Of a stretch of 64,000 nucleotides of DNA, positions 37,780 to 48,139 are shown one piece after another; the stretch's first letter is position 1; the number at the start of each line of letters is the position of its first letter. The notes beneath the pieces are model-generated. The model did no database searches, had not been told where the DNA came from, and saw nothing but the letters and a program-made list of their open reading frames with translations. Position numbers and translations under genes: made by a program. The DNA is from an uncultured Gemmatimonadaceae bacterium (GTDB lineage Bacteria; Gemmatimonadota; Gemmatimonadetes; Gemmatimonadales; Gemmatimonadaceae): positions 1,344,001-1,408,000 of the forward strand of contig CAVUDW010000003.1 of assembly GCA_963740355.1 (NCBI GenBank), read 5' to 3'.

Positions 37780-39813
37780 TCAGTGTTTCGGCATCGCGGC
37801 GGCCGCTGCTGCCACGGTCGCCTCGACGTTCTGTCCGGTGCGGCCAGAGTTGGCCAGCAAGGGCACGTTCGAGCCCGGCGCCGAGATGCGGATGTAGCCC
37901 TGCATCTCCTGGTGCAATGCCGAACAGAAGTCGGTGCAGTAGAACGGGTAGACACCGATGCGAGTCGGCACCCACTTCAGCGTGCGCGTCTCACCCGGCA
38001 TCATCAAGATCTCCGAGGTGTTGGCGCCCGTCACCGCAAAGCCGTGCGGCATGTCCCAGTCCTGCTCGATGTTGGTGACGTGGAAGTACACTGTGTCGCC
38101 GAGCTGCACACCCTCGATGTTGTCGGGCGAGAAGTGACTGCGCAGCGCCGCCATGCGGACGTGCACCGCCTTTCCGGTACGACTGATTCCTGTCTCCCGC
38201 TCCGTGCGTGCCACCTGCGGGTGACGGTTCTCCTTGAGCGAGAAGAAACGCAGCTGCCGATCGCGAATCACGCTGGCCAGGATCGCATTGCCGTAGTGCG
38301 GTTCACCGAAGGTCGGGAAGTCGAGCAGCAGCTTCATCTTGTCGCCTTCGATGCTGTAGAGCTGCGCTGACTGTGCGAGCTCAGGACCCGTCGGCAGGTA
38401 CCGATCCTTGGTGATCTTGTTCATGGCCAGCACGTACTTGCCAGCCGGCTTGCGCGTGCCACCGCCAGGAATCATCAGGTGACCGACGGAATAGAACGTC
38501 GGTGTCCGGTCCACCACCTCCCACGTGCCAAGCTTCCACTTCACAATTTCGGACGAAAGAAACATCGAGGTGTAGGCGTAGCCCTTGCCATCGAACTCGG
38601 TGTGGAGCGGACCGAGGCCAGGGTTCTTCACTTCGCCGGCCAGCACGCTGGCGTAGCGCAGCACCGGGATGCCCTCGACTTCACCTTCGAAGTCCTTCTT
38701 CTCGATGGCCGCCATCATCTTCGTGAAGCTGTGCACCGGGATCACCGAGGCGAGCTTGCCACCAGCGACGATGTATTCGCCCGACGGATCGACGTCAGCG
38801 CCGTGCGGCGACTTCGGCGTCGGCAGGAGGTACATCACACCCGGACAGGCTGCCGTCTCGAGGGTGATGACACTCGTCTCCTTCGTCGTGTGCGCCGTGC
38901 GCGAGAACTCGTCCATCGTGTTGTGCAGGTATTCCGTGGGCATGGTCACGCCCTTCCCTGCCGCCACGCACGCCTCGGCCTTCTTCCAATTCACCGCGCC
39001 GACGAAGTCCTTGTCGTTGCGCGAGGCATTCGCCTCGAGCAGGCTGTTGGCTTGCTCGGAGTTGTACGAGGTGAAGAACATCCACCCGTCCGACGGCCCC
39101 TTGCCGGCGCGTGCGAGATCGTAGTTGAAGCCCGGCACCAACAGCTGGAACGCAATCCGCATCTTCCCGGGTTGGTTCGCCGTGACGAAACTGATCGATC
39201 CACGGAAGCCCTTCTTGTAGTCCGAGATCGGCATGTCGCGGTTCGGGATCGGCACACTGAAGCGCGTCGAGGCCACCACGTATTCGCTGTTCTGCGTGAT
39301 GAACGGTGACGCATGGTTGCCAGCGGCGTTGGGGATCTCGATGATCTCCGACGTTTCCATCTTGGTGAGGTCGATGCGGCCAATGCGCGGCGTGTTGTTC
39401 GCATTGACGAACAGCCAGCGACCATCGTCCTCGCCGTTGGTCTGCGAGAGTGCCGTGTGATGGAGGTCGTCCCACGGCACGAACCCGTACGACGTCTCGA
39501 GCATCGCCTTCGTCTCTTCGTTGTAGCCCCAGCCATTCTCGGCGTGCTGGCTGAACACCGGGATCAGCTTCAGCAGTCGGCCCGAGGGCAGACCGTAAAC
39601 GCCGACCTGTCCGTTGAATCCCCCGGAGAGGAAGGCGTAGAACTCATCGTACTTGCCAGGCGCGACATACACCTGCTGCGCGGCATCGCCGCCAACCAGC
39701 GCGGTGTTGGGTTTCGTGGCACCAGTCGGGGCGCAAGCGTAGGCCAACACAATGGCAGAACCAACTGCCACTGCTGCGAGACCGGCCTTTCCCTGGGTGA
39801 GCAATCGGGACAT
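37780..39813 (-). CDS. nosZ: Clade II (Sec-dependent) nitrous oxide reductase
   Basis: SGGFNGQ, DDLHH, GNH, PKSPHG, GLGPLH, EPH; CuA motif CTDFCSALHQEM; no twin-arginine motif; lipobox-like LAYAC; GGAG ribosome-binding site before 39813. Confidence 0.97.
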   Translation of the reverse strand: MSRLLTQGKAGLAAVAVGSAIVLAYACAPTGATKPNTALVGGDAAQQVYVAPGKYDEFYAFLSGGFNGQVGVYGLPSGRLLKLIPVFSQHAENGWGYNEETKAMLETSYGFVPWDDLHHTALSQTNGEDDGRWLFVNANNTPRIGRIDLTKMETSEIIEIPNAAGNHASPFITQNSEYVVASTRFSVPIPNRDMPISDYKKGFRGSISFVTANQPGKMRIAFQLLVPGFNYDLARAGKGPSDGWMFFTSYNSEQANSLLEANASRNDKDFVGAVNWKKAEACVAAGKGVTMPTEYLHNTMDEFSRTAHTTKETSVITLETAACPGVMYLLPTPKSPHGADVDPSGEYIVAGGKLASVIPVHSFTKMMAAIEKKDFEGEVEGIPVLRYASVLAGEVKNPGLGPLHTEFDGKGYAYTSMFLSSEIVKWKLGTWEVVDRTPTFYSVGHLMIPGGGTRKPAGKYVLAMNKITKDRYLPTGPELAQSAQLYSIEGDKMKLLLDFPTFGEPHYGNAILASVIRDRQLRFFSLKENRHPQVARTERETGISRTGKAVHVRMAALRSHFSPDNIEGVQLGDTVYFHVTNIEQDWDMPHGFAVTGANTSEILMMPGETRTLKWVPTRIGVYPFYCTDFCSALHQEMQGYIRISAPGSNVPLLANSGRTGQNVEATVAAAAAAMPKH

Positions 39814-39910
39814 CTGACTCTCCGTGCACAATGTGAAGGAGCGTGTCCGTCGTGCCGTGGCACGCTCGTAGGGATAGGTACGGCGAGCGCGCAGCGCGCA
39901 ACGTCCGTCA

Positions 39911-39933
39911 TTGCCTGTAAAAACGTCAGGCAA
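39911..39933. promoter_or_regulatory. Candidate operator in the divergent nosZ / cytochrome c promoter
   Basis: TTGCCTG-N9-CAGGCAA perfect inverted repeat with an A-rich spacer. Confidence 0.4.
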
Positions 39934-40053
39934 ATGCTGACATTCCCATCCGCATATGCGATTTATCTTCGGCGTGTAGCCCTCATCCGACTGACGGCGC
40001 GTCGACTCTCCGACGCGCGTTCCTCGCCACCGCACCCCGCCATGATTCACTCG

Positions 40054-40572
40054 ATGCCACGTTTCATCACCGTCTCTGCAATTGCATTCAGCGTCACTGC
40101 CCTGGCAGCCTGTGGTGGTGGCGAAGCGAAGACGGCCTCGCCTGACTCTGTCACCGCAGCGGCTGCACCGGTTGCCGCAGCCGCAACCGAGGACAAAGGC
40201 GCCACGACCTACGGACAGATTTGCGCGAGCTGCCATCAAGCCACTGGCATGGGCGTCGACGGCACCTTCCCGCCTCTCAAGGGATCGAAGTGGCTGCTCG
40301 GCGATCCGAGTGTGCCGATCTCGATCGTCATCGCCGGCCTGCAAGGCGAGATCAAGGTCGATGGCAAGGACTACAACGGTGCGATGCAACCGTGGGGCAT
40401 GCTCAGCGATGACGACGTGGCGAACGTGCTGACCTACGCACGATCGCAGTGGGGCAACGCCGCCAGCGCGGTGACCGCAGCGGAAGTGAAGGCCATCCGC
40501 GACAAGATCGGCAGCCGCGGTACATGGACAGCCGAGGAACTGAAGAAGACCTATCCAGGCGCCGGGAGCTGA
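40054..40572 (+). CDS. Monohaem cytochrome c lipoprotein
   Basis: Lipobox LAAC, CASCH, FPPLKGS, distal Met in YNGAM; start 40042 or 40054. Confidence 0.9.
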   Translation: MPRFITVSAIAFSVTALAACGGGEAKTASPDSVTAAAAPVAAAATEDKGATTYGQICASCHQATGMGVDGTFPPLKGSKWLLGDPSVPISIVIAGLQGEIKVDGKDYNGAMQPWGMLSDDDVANVLTYARSQWGNAASAVTAAEVKAIRDKIGSRGTWTAEELKKTYPGAGS

Positions 40573-40680
40573 GCGAGGCGCGGCTGACGGTGGTGCCGTC
40601 AGCACAAAAGAAGAACGCGGCAAAATTCAGTGCATCGAATGTTGCCGCGTTCTCATCGAGCATGTCCTACGCCCTGGCGA

Positions 40681-43600
40681 CTACTTCGGGTTCGCCGTCG
40701 CTGGCAACGCGTCGTTCGTCATCCACCACTGCTTCGGCAACGGCTTCGCACGCGGCCAGACTTCCGACAACGTGTTGCCTTCGTAGAGGCGGCCGTTCTT
40801 CATCACCATCTGGATCGAGTTGGTGTTGCGGATGTCATCCAGCGGGTTTGCATCCAGCACCAGCAGGTCGGCCAGCTTGCCGACTTCCACCGAGCCGAGA
40901 TTGGCCTGCAAGCCGATCGCCTGCGCACCGAAGATCGTCGCCACACGCAACACATCCATCGGCTTCATGCCACCGCTGGCAATGTTCCACATCTCCCAGT
41001 GCACGCCCAGGCCCTGCAACTGGCCGTGGCCACCCAACCCCACACGACCGCCGGCCTCGACGACCTTCCGTGCCTGCTCGGCGAAGAGCTTGTAGGAGTA
41101 CTCGCTGTCGCGGAACCACTGCGGACGGCGGAGGCCGCGACGCTCGAGTTCCGAGAAGGGCGTGAAGTGCGCCAGCTTCTTGTCGGCGAGGATGTCGTAG
41201 TGCTCGTACCACCAGTTCTCGGCCCACGGCCCGCCGTACTGCACCAGCAACGTTGGCGTATACGTGGTGCCACTCTGCGCGAAGAGGCTGATCGCGTCCT
41301 TGTACATCGGTGCGATCGGTAGCGTGTGTTCGATGCCGGCGTAGCCGTCCATGGCCTCGGTCATGTTCTTCTTGAAGTCGAGGCCCCCTTCCAGCGTCGG
41401 CGTGATGTTCTGCGCCCGCGCCGCCATCGCGACCCACTGCCGCTGGCGACGATCACCGGCCATGTACTGCTTGATGGTCTCGGTCTGGTAGAACTCCGAA
41501 TACCTGCGCATCACTTCCTTGGCATCGTCGGCGCTGTTCACGTCATCCTGCACGAAGATGCCGGGGCCAGTGGTATAGATGCGGGGGCCGATGATCTGGC
41601 CGACATCGACTGCGTCGCCGTACGAGATGACGTCGCTGGTAGACGTCTGCGGGTCACGCGTCGTGGTCACGCCATAGGCGAGGTTGACGGTGTACATGTA
41701 CGGCTGCGGCGAGTGAATTCCCCACTGCGGCCACATGTGGGCGTGCACGTCGATCAGGCCCGGCATGATGGTCTTGCCCGCGACGTCGATGATGCGGGCG
41801 TTGGCTGGCACAGTGACACTGCCCTGCTCACCAACGGCCACGATCCGATTGGCCGTGATCACGACATCACCCTTCGCGATCACCGCGTCACCCTTCATGG
41901 TGATGATGCGTGCACCGCGCAGCACGACGCTACCTGTCGGACGATCCTTGGCGGCCGTGATCGTGATGTCGGTGCGTGCCGCTTCGTAGACCGGCTTGTT
42001 CGGGCCCGCATTCGCACCGGCGCCGGCGCCGCCTGCTCCGCGCGCTGGTGGTGCCTTCGAGGCGGAGTCGGCCGCCAGTGAATCCGCCTTCGCGAGGTCG
42101 TACTGGAAGTACGAACGGCCAAGCGCGTAGAAGACGCCCTTCGAGTCGGCGTTCCAGCCCATGAAGTCGCCGCCGATACGCGACAGTCGACGGAAGGGCA
42201 ACGCGCCACCGGTTGCCTGCTGCACCGAGATCGATGGCGTGGTGCCACCGGTCATCGGCAGCGGGACCACGAAGAGGCGGTTGTCCACCGAAGCCAGCAC
42301 ACGATTGCCATCGGGCGACACGTTCAACTCGGCCGCCTGACGCGGCTGTGCATTCGGACCACCGCCTGGCGCCATGAAACCCGTCACCTTCAGGTGCGAC
42401 GTGCGATCGGTGCCGTCCCAGCGCATCGAGACCAGCCCATCACCCGCTTCGTAGATCCAGATCCGCGAAGTGTCGCTGGTGAAGTGCGGACGACCGGCGT
42501 TGGTGAGCGAGGTGATGAACGTGGATGCACCGCCACTGGCCGGAATCCAGACCAGGTCCGTGATGACCAGCTTCGGGTTGATCTCGTCGTTCACGATCGC
42601 GCGCTGCGAGCGGGGTGCGCGTGCGGCAACGATGCGCGAACCAGTTGGCGAATAGGCGATGTCGTCGTAGTACGCCGACTGGGTGGTGAGCTTCTCCGGC
42701 CGGCCACCAGCCGATGGAATGCGCCAGATGTCACCACCATCCTCGTTCCACGAGATGTAGGCGATGTACTTGCCGTCCGGCGACCAGACAGGGAGATGTT
42801 CGCCGTCGGTGGCCGTCGTCATCCGCTTCGGCGTGCCAGATGGCAGGTCCATGATCCAGAGATGATCCAGCGCCGAGAACGCGAGACGCTTGCCGTCAGG
42901 CGACGGGCGGGGGCCACGAATCTGGCGCACCGTCAGCAACGTGTCGTTGATCGGATATTCGAACTTCACCAGCTCGCCGATCATCTGGTCCACTTCGGCC
43001 GTGAACGGAATCGGCGTCTGCTTGCCCGACGCGATGTCGAGGCTCCAGATCTTGCCGTGATGTGCAAGAACGATCGCCTTCGAATCCGGCGTCCACGAAT
43101 AACCAGGCAGCAGGTCGCGTGAACCGCGTGACTCGATGTCGTCGCGCTGGATGTCGTTCGAGAGCCAGCGTTCATCGCCGGACGACAACTCGCGCAGCTT
43201 CAGTCCCGTGACGGCCATCTCGCGTGATGCATAGGCGAGGTACTTGCCGTCGGGCGAGATGGCGGGACGGAAGGCATTGCCGAGGTTGAGCGTGCGGGTG
43301 GCGAGGCGACCGGTCTTGCGGTCGTACATCACCACCTGCGTGCTGCCCATCATCTGGTTGTAGCCCGCGGGGCCGGTGCGCGCGCCAGCGTAGATGTAGC
43401 GACCATCGGGCGATGCCGACGCGCCCATGAAGTTCACCGGCGCGGCACCACCGCCTCCACCGCCACCCGCCGTCGCCGGCGGTGTGTTGCCAGTGAGCCG
43501 CAGACCGCTGCCGCCGCCGACGTGATAGAGCCAGAGATCCGCGCTCTTCGACACCACGACATACTGCCCATCGGGGGTGAAGTCGGGCGAGATGAAGGCC

Positions 43601-44022
43601 TGGTTGAAGCCACGCGTCAGCGGGCGGAGGCGCTTCCCATCGGGATCGATGAGGTAGAGGTTCTCGCTGCCGGAGCGATCGCTGACGAAGACGATCGACT
43701 TGCCGTCGGGCGAAAAACGCGGCTGCCCGTCGAAGCCCGAGCCGCTGGTGATACGCGTCGCCGCGCCACCGGTCGCCGGCAGCGTGTAGAGGTCACCGAG
43801 CATGTCGAAGACGATGGTCTTGCCATCGGGGGACAGGTCAAGCGACAACCATGTCCCTTCATCGGTGGTGAAGCGCAGCGGCCGCGTCGGAATCAGCGGC
43901 AGGTCGCTCTCGGGCGCCGTGCGTCTGGTGGAGTCAGGTGCGCCCTGCGCACCAGCAGAGCCGACGACGGCCGCGAGAAGTGAAAACGCCAGCGCCTGTC
44001 GGACGAGTGGTGCACGAATCAT
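40681..44022 (-). CDS. Exported amidohydrolase with PD40/TolB-like propeller repeats
   Basis: Signal peptide; many SPDGK repeats; PGLIDVHAH, GGHGQ, GKLADL. Confidence 0.9.
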   Translation of the reverse strand: MIRAPLVRQALAFSLLAAVVGSAGAQGAPDSTRRTAPESDLPLIPTRPLRFTTDEGTWLSLDLSPDGKTIVFDMLGDLYTLPATGGAATRITSGSGFDGQPRFSPDGKSIVFVSDRSGSENLYLIDPDGKRLRPLTRGFNQAFISPDFTPDGQYVVVSKSADLWLYHVGGGSGLRLTGNTPPATAGGGGGGGAAPVNFMGASASPDGRYIYAGARTGPAGYNQMMGSTQVVMYDRKTGRLATRTLNLGNAFRPAISPDGKYLAYASREMAVTGLKLRELSSGDERWLSNDIQRDDIESRGSRDLLPGYSWTPDSKAIVLAHHGKIWSLDIASGKQTPIPFTAEVDQMIGELVKFEYPINDTLLTVRQIRGPRPSPDGKRLAFSALDHLWIMDLPSGTPKRMTTATDGEHLPVWSPDGKYIAYISWNEDGGDIWRIPSAGGRPEKLTTQSAYYDDIAYSPTGSRIVAARAPRSQRAIVNDEINPKLVITDLVWIPASGGASTFITSLTNAGRPHFTSDTSRIWIYEAGDGLVSMRWDGTDRTSHLKVTGFMAPGGGPNAQPRQAAELNVSPDGNRVLASVDNRLFVVPLPMTGGTTPSISVQQATGGALPFRRLSRIGGDFMGWNADSKGVFYALGRSYFQYDLAKADSLAADSASKAPPARGAGGAGAGANAGPNKPVYEAARTDITITAAKDRPTGSVVLRGARIITMKGDAVIAKGDVVITANRIVAVGEQGSVTVPANARIIDVAGKTIMPGLIDVHAHMWPQWGIHSPQPYMYTVNLAYGVTTTRDPQTSTSDVISYGDAVDVGQIIGPRIYTTGPGIFVQDDVNSADDAKEVMRRYSEFYQTETIKQYMAGDRRQRQWVAMAARAQNITPTLEGGLDFKKNMTEAMDGYAGIEHTLPIAPMYKDAISLFAQSGTTYTPTLLVQYGGPWAENWWYEHYDILADKKLAHFTPFSELERRGLRRPQWFRDSEYSYKLFAEQARKVVEAGGRVGLGGHGQLQGLGVHWEMWNIASGGMKPMDVLRVATIFGAQAIGLQANLGSVEVGKLADLLVLDANPLDDIRNTNSIQMVMKNGRLYEGNTLSEVWPRAKPLPKQWWMTNDALPATANPK

Positions 44023-44144
44023 TGCCGCTCCGGATGTAGAACAACCTGCAGGTGGGCCCGCCGCACAGTTACGCGCGGGCGGGGCCCATCGCTAGGCCGG
44101 AGCGCAGTGGATGCGGTGCCGCCGTGACGCCGCGGCGACTCAGA

Positions 44145-44627
44145 TCAGGTGCGTTCCCAGAACGGCGGCGGTTCGATCCCCAACGCGCGCAGGTAGACGT
44201 AACCCTGGCCGCGATGATGGATCTCGTTGTCGATCACGTAGAGAAAGAGATCGTGGACCGGGAAGGTCCACTGTCCAAACGCTGTCACCGTCTCCTGATA
44301 TTTCTCGAGCGGGATTTTCGGCATGATCTCGTCCAGCTTCGCAGTGGTCTCGTCCCACGCCGCAAGGATTTCGGCCTGCGTCTTGGCCGAGCTCTCGGCA
44401 TACGCCGACCAGTCGCCGGTCAACACGCCGTGTGCGGTCGGCAGGGCCATGCCGAGCATCTCCGAGGCGAGGGCGCTCATCGGTCGCATGCCGCCAATCG
44501 AGAGGGAGGTGAATTCGTCGGCCGGGAAGGCGGCGATCACGCGGCGGGTGAGGCGCCGATGCCCCTGCCAGTGTGCGAGGAAGGCTTCGGGGGTGATGAC
44601 GGCTGGGACGGTGCTGGCAGTGGACAT
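44145..44627 (-). CDS. DinB-family protein
   Basis: WQGHRRLTRR and NEIHHRGQ. Confidence 0.85.
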   Translation of the reverse strand: MSTASTVPAVITPEAFLAHWQGHRRLTRRVIAAFPADEFTSLSIGGMRPMSALASEMLGMALPTAHGVLTGDWSAYAESSAKTQAEILAAWDETTAKLDEIMPKIPLEKYQETVTAFGQWTFPVHDLFLYVIDNEIHHRGQGYVYLRALGIEPPPFWERT

Positions 44628-44719
44628 TCTGGCCTCGCGGGAAATTGTCGCCGACTGTGTTTCGGTTTTTGTTCGGACCACGATTGTAGGACTTGGGGTC
44701 CGAAGTCGCAAGCCCCCAG

Positions 44720-46171
44720 TTAGGCCGCCGGCATCGTGATCACGAACTCGGTCCGGCCGGGCCGCGACTCGGCCAGGTCGAGCGTCCCGTTATGCATCTC
44801 GGCAATCCGTCGCGCGATGGCGAGGCCGAGTCCGGCGCCGCTAGTCGCCGAGGTCTCAGCGCGGGAACGGGATGAGTCGACGCGAAAGAATCGCTCGAAG
44901 ATGTGCTCGCGCGCTTCGGCTGGGATGCCGGGGCCGTTGTCGATGACGCGGATCTCGTAGTGGCCATTGCGCCGCGCGAGCCCGACGTCGATGGCGCTGC
45001 CGGTGGGTGAATACTTGATCGCGTTGTCGAGCAGGTTGAGCAGCAGCCGCCCAAGCAGGTCGGCGTCACCGGTGAACGGCGCTTCGGCCAGTTCTCGGAC
45101 GTCGATGCCGATGCCACGCTGAATCGCCACCGATCGTACCGCACGCGTGGCATCCTGCACCAGTTCATCCAGGTACAGCGGCTCCGGATGGGTGACGAGG
45201 TGTCCGGCGTCGGCTCGGGAGAGCAGGAAGAGGTCGTCCACGATGCGCGTCAAGCGTCGAGCGGCATCCTGCATGACGGTGACGGAGGCGCGGTATTCGT
45301 CTTCGGTGCGATGCTCGCGCGAGAGCGTGATGTCGGCTTCGGCGCGCACGACGGCCGTTGGTGTGCGCAGCTCGTGTGAGGCATCGGCGACGAATCGCCG
45401 CTGCTGCTCGAATGACGATTCGAGCCGATCGAGCAAGCCGTTCACCACGCGGGACAAGCCTGCCAGTTCGTCACCACCGGCCACCGGCAGCCGTTCGTGC
45501 ATGTTGCTGGCCGTGATGGCCGCGGCCTGCGCCGACATCGCCGCCACCGGCGCCAGGCTGCGTCGTGCGAGTGCGTAGCCGCCGAACGATGCGACCACCA
45601 GCAACAGCGGGATCGCGATCAGGAACATCTCGCGCACCCGTCGCAGCACATCGTCGATGTCGCGGAGCGAATAGGCGCCCATCAATGAGAATCGTTGGCC
45701 ATCGACCAGCAGCGGGCGCGCCTGCATGCGGAAATCGCCAGATGCGCTGGGGACGGTGATCGCCACGGAATCCGAGGGCCCTCGCGCACGGACTGCGGCC
45801 AGCAGTCGTTCCTCGACTTCGGCCGGTGGAAGATGGCTGGCGCGCAGCTCTTCGTCATCGGCGGCGAGGGCATTCATCGCCACGACCTTGGCGTTGGTGT
45901 CGAGGATGGCGATGTGCAGTTCACGGAACCGCACTTCATCCACGGCCGTGCGCATGGCCTGCACCACGCTCAGGCTGGCCCGACGTTCCGCCACCAGTTC
46001 TCGACTGAAGGCCGACAGGGCATCACTGATGAAGATGTCGGTGCGACGTTCGAGGGTGCGCGCGACGACGAAGTAACAGGCGACGGCGAACACGATCAGT
46101 GGCACGGCCAGCAGCACGGTGTACCACAACGTGAGCCGCGACCGGAGCGACGTCGGCCACTGCTGCAGCAT
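44720..46171 (-). CDS. HAMP-containing sensor histidine kinase
   Basis: Two transmembrane helices; DASHELRTP, NLLDNAIKY, DNGPG, GAGLGL. Confidence 0.92.
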   Translation of the reverse strand: MLQQWPTSLRSRLTLWYTVLLAVPLIVFAVACYFVVARTLERRTDIFISDALSAFSRELVAERRASLSVVQAMRTAVDEVRFRELHIAILDTNAKVVAMNALAADDEELRASHLPPAEVEERLLAAVRARGPSDSVAITVPSASGDFRMQARPLLVDGQRFSLMGAYSLRDIDDVLRRVREMFLIAIPLLLVVASFGGYALARRSLAPVAAMSAQAAAITASNMHERLPVAGGDELAGLSRVVNGLLDRLESSFEQQRRFVADASHELRTPTAVVRAEADITLSREHRTEDEYRASVTVMQDAARRLTRIVDDLFLLSRADAGHLVTHPEPLYLDELVQDATRAVRSVAIQRGIGIDVRELAEAPFTGDADLLGRLLLNLLDNAIKYSPTGSAIDVGLARRNGHYEIRVIDNGPGIPAEAREHIFERFFRVDSSRSRAETSATSGAGLGLAIARRIAEMHNGTLDLAESRPGRTEFVITMPAA

Positions 46172-46173
46172 CG

Positions 46174-46905
46174 TCAGTCGCTGCGCTTCGACGTCTTCCG
46201 ACGACTGGTGCGCGCCGGGCTCGGTGCATCAGGCACCACGGGCTGCAGCACGAAACCGGTGCCACGCAATGTGGTGAAGAGCGGCACTTCCCCGTCTTCA
46301 TCGATCTTGCGCCGAATCCGGCTGGCGTAGACATCGATGATGTTGGAGAAGGTATTGCGGTGGTCCTCCCACACATTCGTCATCAGCTCCGCGCGACTGA
46401 CGACGCGTCCGGCATTCCTTGCGAGGAAGAGCAGGAATGCGAACTCGGTGGCGGTGAGCGTGATGACCCGTTCGCCACGCACGACGGTATGTCGGTCGGT
46501 GTCGATCACGAGGTCGCCGACGACGATCTTGGGCGTGACGGCATCGGTGCTCCGACGCGCGAGGGCGCGCAGGCGGGCCAGCAACTCGCCGAAGTCGAAC
46601 GGCTTGGTGAGGTAGTCATCGGCGCCGGCATCGAGCCCGGCGATCCGGTGTTCGACGGCATCGAGTGCAGTCAGCATCAGGATCGGCACCCGATCGCCTC
46701 GCGAGCGAATGGCGCGACAGACCTCGATGCCGGTCATGCCGGGCAGCAGCACGTCGAGGACGATGGCATCGAACTCACCAGACTCTGCCATTGACAGGGC
46801 GAGGGTGCCGGTCGCGGCCTGCTCGACGTCATAGGCGGCTTCCTTCAGCCCGCGCACGATGGAGGTGCGGAGAGCCCGGTCGTCTTCGGCGAGAAGGATG
46901 TTCAT
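46174..46905 (-). CDS. OmpR-family response regulator
   Basis: AEDD, LDVLLP, GADDYLTKPF, IIDVY...IRRKID. Confidence 0.92.
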   Translation of the reverse strand: MNILLAEDDRALRTSIVRGLKEAAYDVEQAATGTLALSMAESGEFDAIVLDVLLPGMTGIEVCRAIRSRGDRVPILMLTALDAVEHRIAGLDAGADDYLTKPFDFGELLARLRALARRSTDAVTPKIVVGDLVIDTDRHTVVRGERVITLTATEFAFLLFLARNAGRVVSRAELMTNVWEDHRNTFSNIIDVYASRIRRKIDEDGEVPLFTTLRGTGFVLQPVVPDAPSPARTSRRKTSKRSD

Positions 46906-47010
46906 CCGCGAAAAGTACGGCAGCGAGCGGGAGGGTGCACCGGCTCTTCACAGGGAAGTGGGGCGTGTCGGTGATCGGAACCAGGCCAGGTGCGCGTCAC
47001 CAGCTCTGAC

Positions 47011-47526
47011 TCAGTCGGCGTCCCTGCCGCCACGTGCGATCCGGGCGGTCACCGAGAGCTGCCCAACGTGTCGCATCCCATGCTCGGCACCGTGCACGAG
47101 GCATCCGATGACGGTGGACGGCAGCTTCGCGCGCCCGATGCTGCGGAAGTCGCCGAGGATGGCGGGATCGATGGTCTTTAGCTCGGCGATGGCGGCCTCG
47201 ATGCGTTCGTCGAGTTCGTCGAGCAGGTGGGGCACGTAGGCCTTCACGATCGGCGCCCCTTCGGCGCGCAGCGCCATGAACTGCGCATCGGTCAACGCTT
47301 CGCCGCGGGCATACGTGAACAGTCGATCAATTACACCGATGATGTGCCGGACATGGAATGCAATCGACGCGACATTGGCTGGCCGAGCATTCCACTCTTC
47401 CTCACTCAACGGCTCGACGAGTTCGTGGACACTTTCGCCGATCTGCAGGATGATGTGGGCGACCGGTTGCAACATCGCCGGCACACCATCCACAGGGCCC
47501 CGCTGCCACCATTCCGTCGCCGCCAT
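47011..47526 (-). CDS. DinB-family protein
   Basis: SIAFHVRH and HGAEHGMRHVGQ; GAGGAG ribosome-binding site. Confidence 0.85.
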   Translation of the reverse strand: MAATEWWQRGPVDGVPAMLQPVAHIILQIGESVHELVEPLSEEEWNARPANVASIAFHVRHIIGVIDRLFTYARGEALTDAQFMALRAEGAPIVKAYVPHLLDELDERIEAAIAELKTIDPAILGDFRSIGRAKLPSTVIGCLVHGAEHGMRHVGQLSVTARIARGGRDAD

Positions 47527-47573
47527 GCTCGTGCTCCTCGTCGTTGGTTCCGCAAGGTATCGCGGTTCATCGT

Positions 47574-48005
47574 CACAGCGAATCGCAGAGGCGGGGAGGC
47601 GCAGAGAACTGCCACGGCTGAACTGCATTGACGCAAGACGGCAGGCGGGTGAAGCGACAGCCGCAAAACTGCGACGGCCGCAAAACTGCGTGCGCGGGCG
47701 CGGGGCGTCGGCGTTGAGTCGCGGCTGGATTTTGAGGGGAACAGCTCGCCCATCGCCGCCCCGATTCCAAGGCACTTCACCAAAGCAGTTGCCGTTGCGG
47801 TGGCATTTGATCTTCCTCTTCGCCCAGGCGCCTTACAGCGGGAGTCGGAGTGGGAGCGCAGTTCTGCGGCTGTTCTGTTCTGCGGCTGTTGCTGTATCGC
47901 AGTTGTCAGTTCTGCGTCAAAGCAGGTTGCGGTTGCGGTTGCAGTTCACGGTTGCAGTTCGCCGTTGCAGTTCTCTGCGTCTCTCCGCCTCTGCGTTTTG
48001 CCGTG
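47574..48005. repeat. Palindromic element family A, copy 4 (about 430 bp)
   Basis: 39-bp terminal inverted arms with 5 mismatches (47574-47612 / 47967-48005); nested TTGACGCA / TGCGTCAA and CAGCCGCA.AACTGCG arms. Confidence 0.85.
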
Positions 48006-48044
48006 TCTTTTAAGAACTAAAACGATACGAAAAAAGGAAGAGGG

Positions 48045-48090
48045 ATAGAAACGGAACACGGGGCCGGCTGCCTTTCGGCAACCGACCCCG
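48045..48090 (-). terminator. Intrinsic terminator of the M28 peptidase gene
   Basis: Minus strand CGGGGTCGGTTGCC-GAAA-GGCAGCCGGCCCCG followed by a pyrimidine-rich tail. Confidence 0.7.
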
Positions 48091-48139
48091 CATACTCCCA
48101 CCCAGGAGGTTGCGTGGACTCCCCTCCACGCATCTGGTA

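Noticed and set aside
39814..40623. 947-aa ORF suggesting an N-terminally extended NosZ
   Set aside because: The extension is the antisense of the cytochrome c gene plus the promoter; the signal peptide and ribosome-binding site place the start at 39813.
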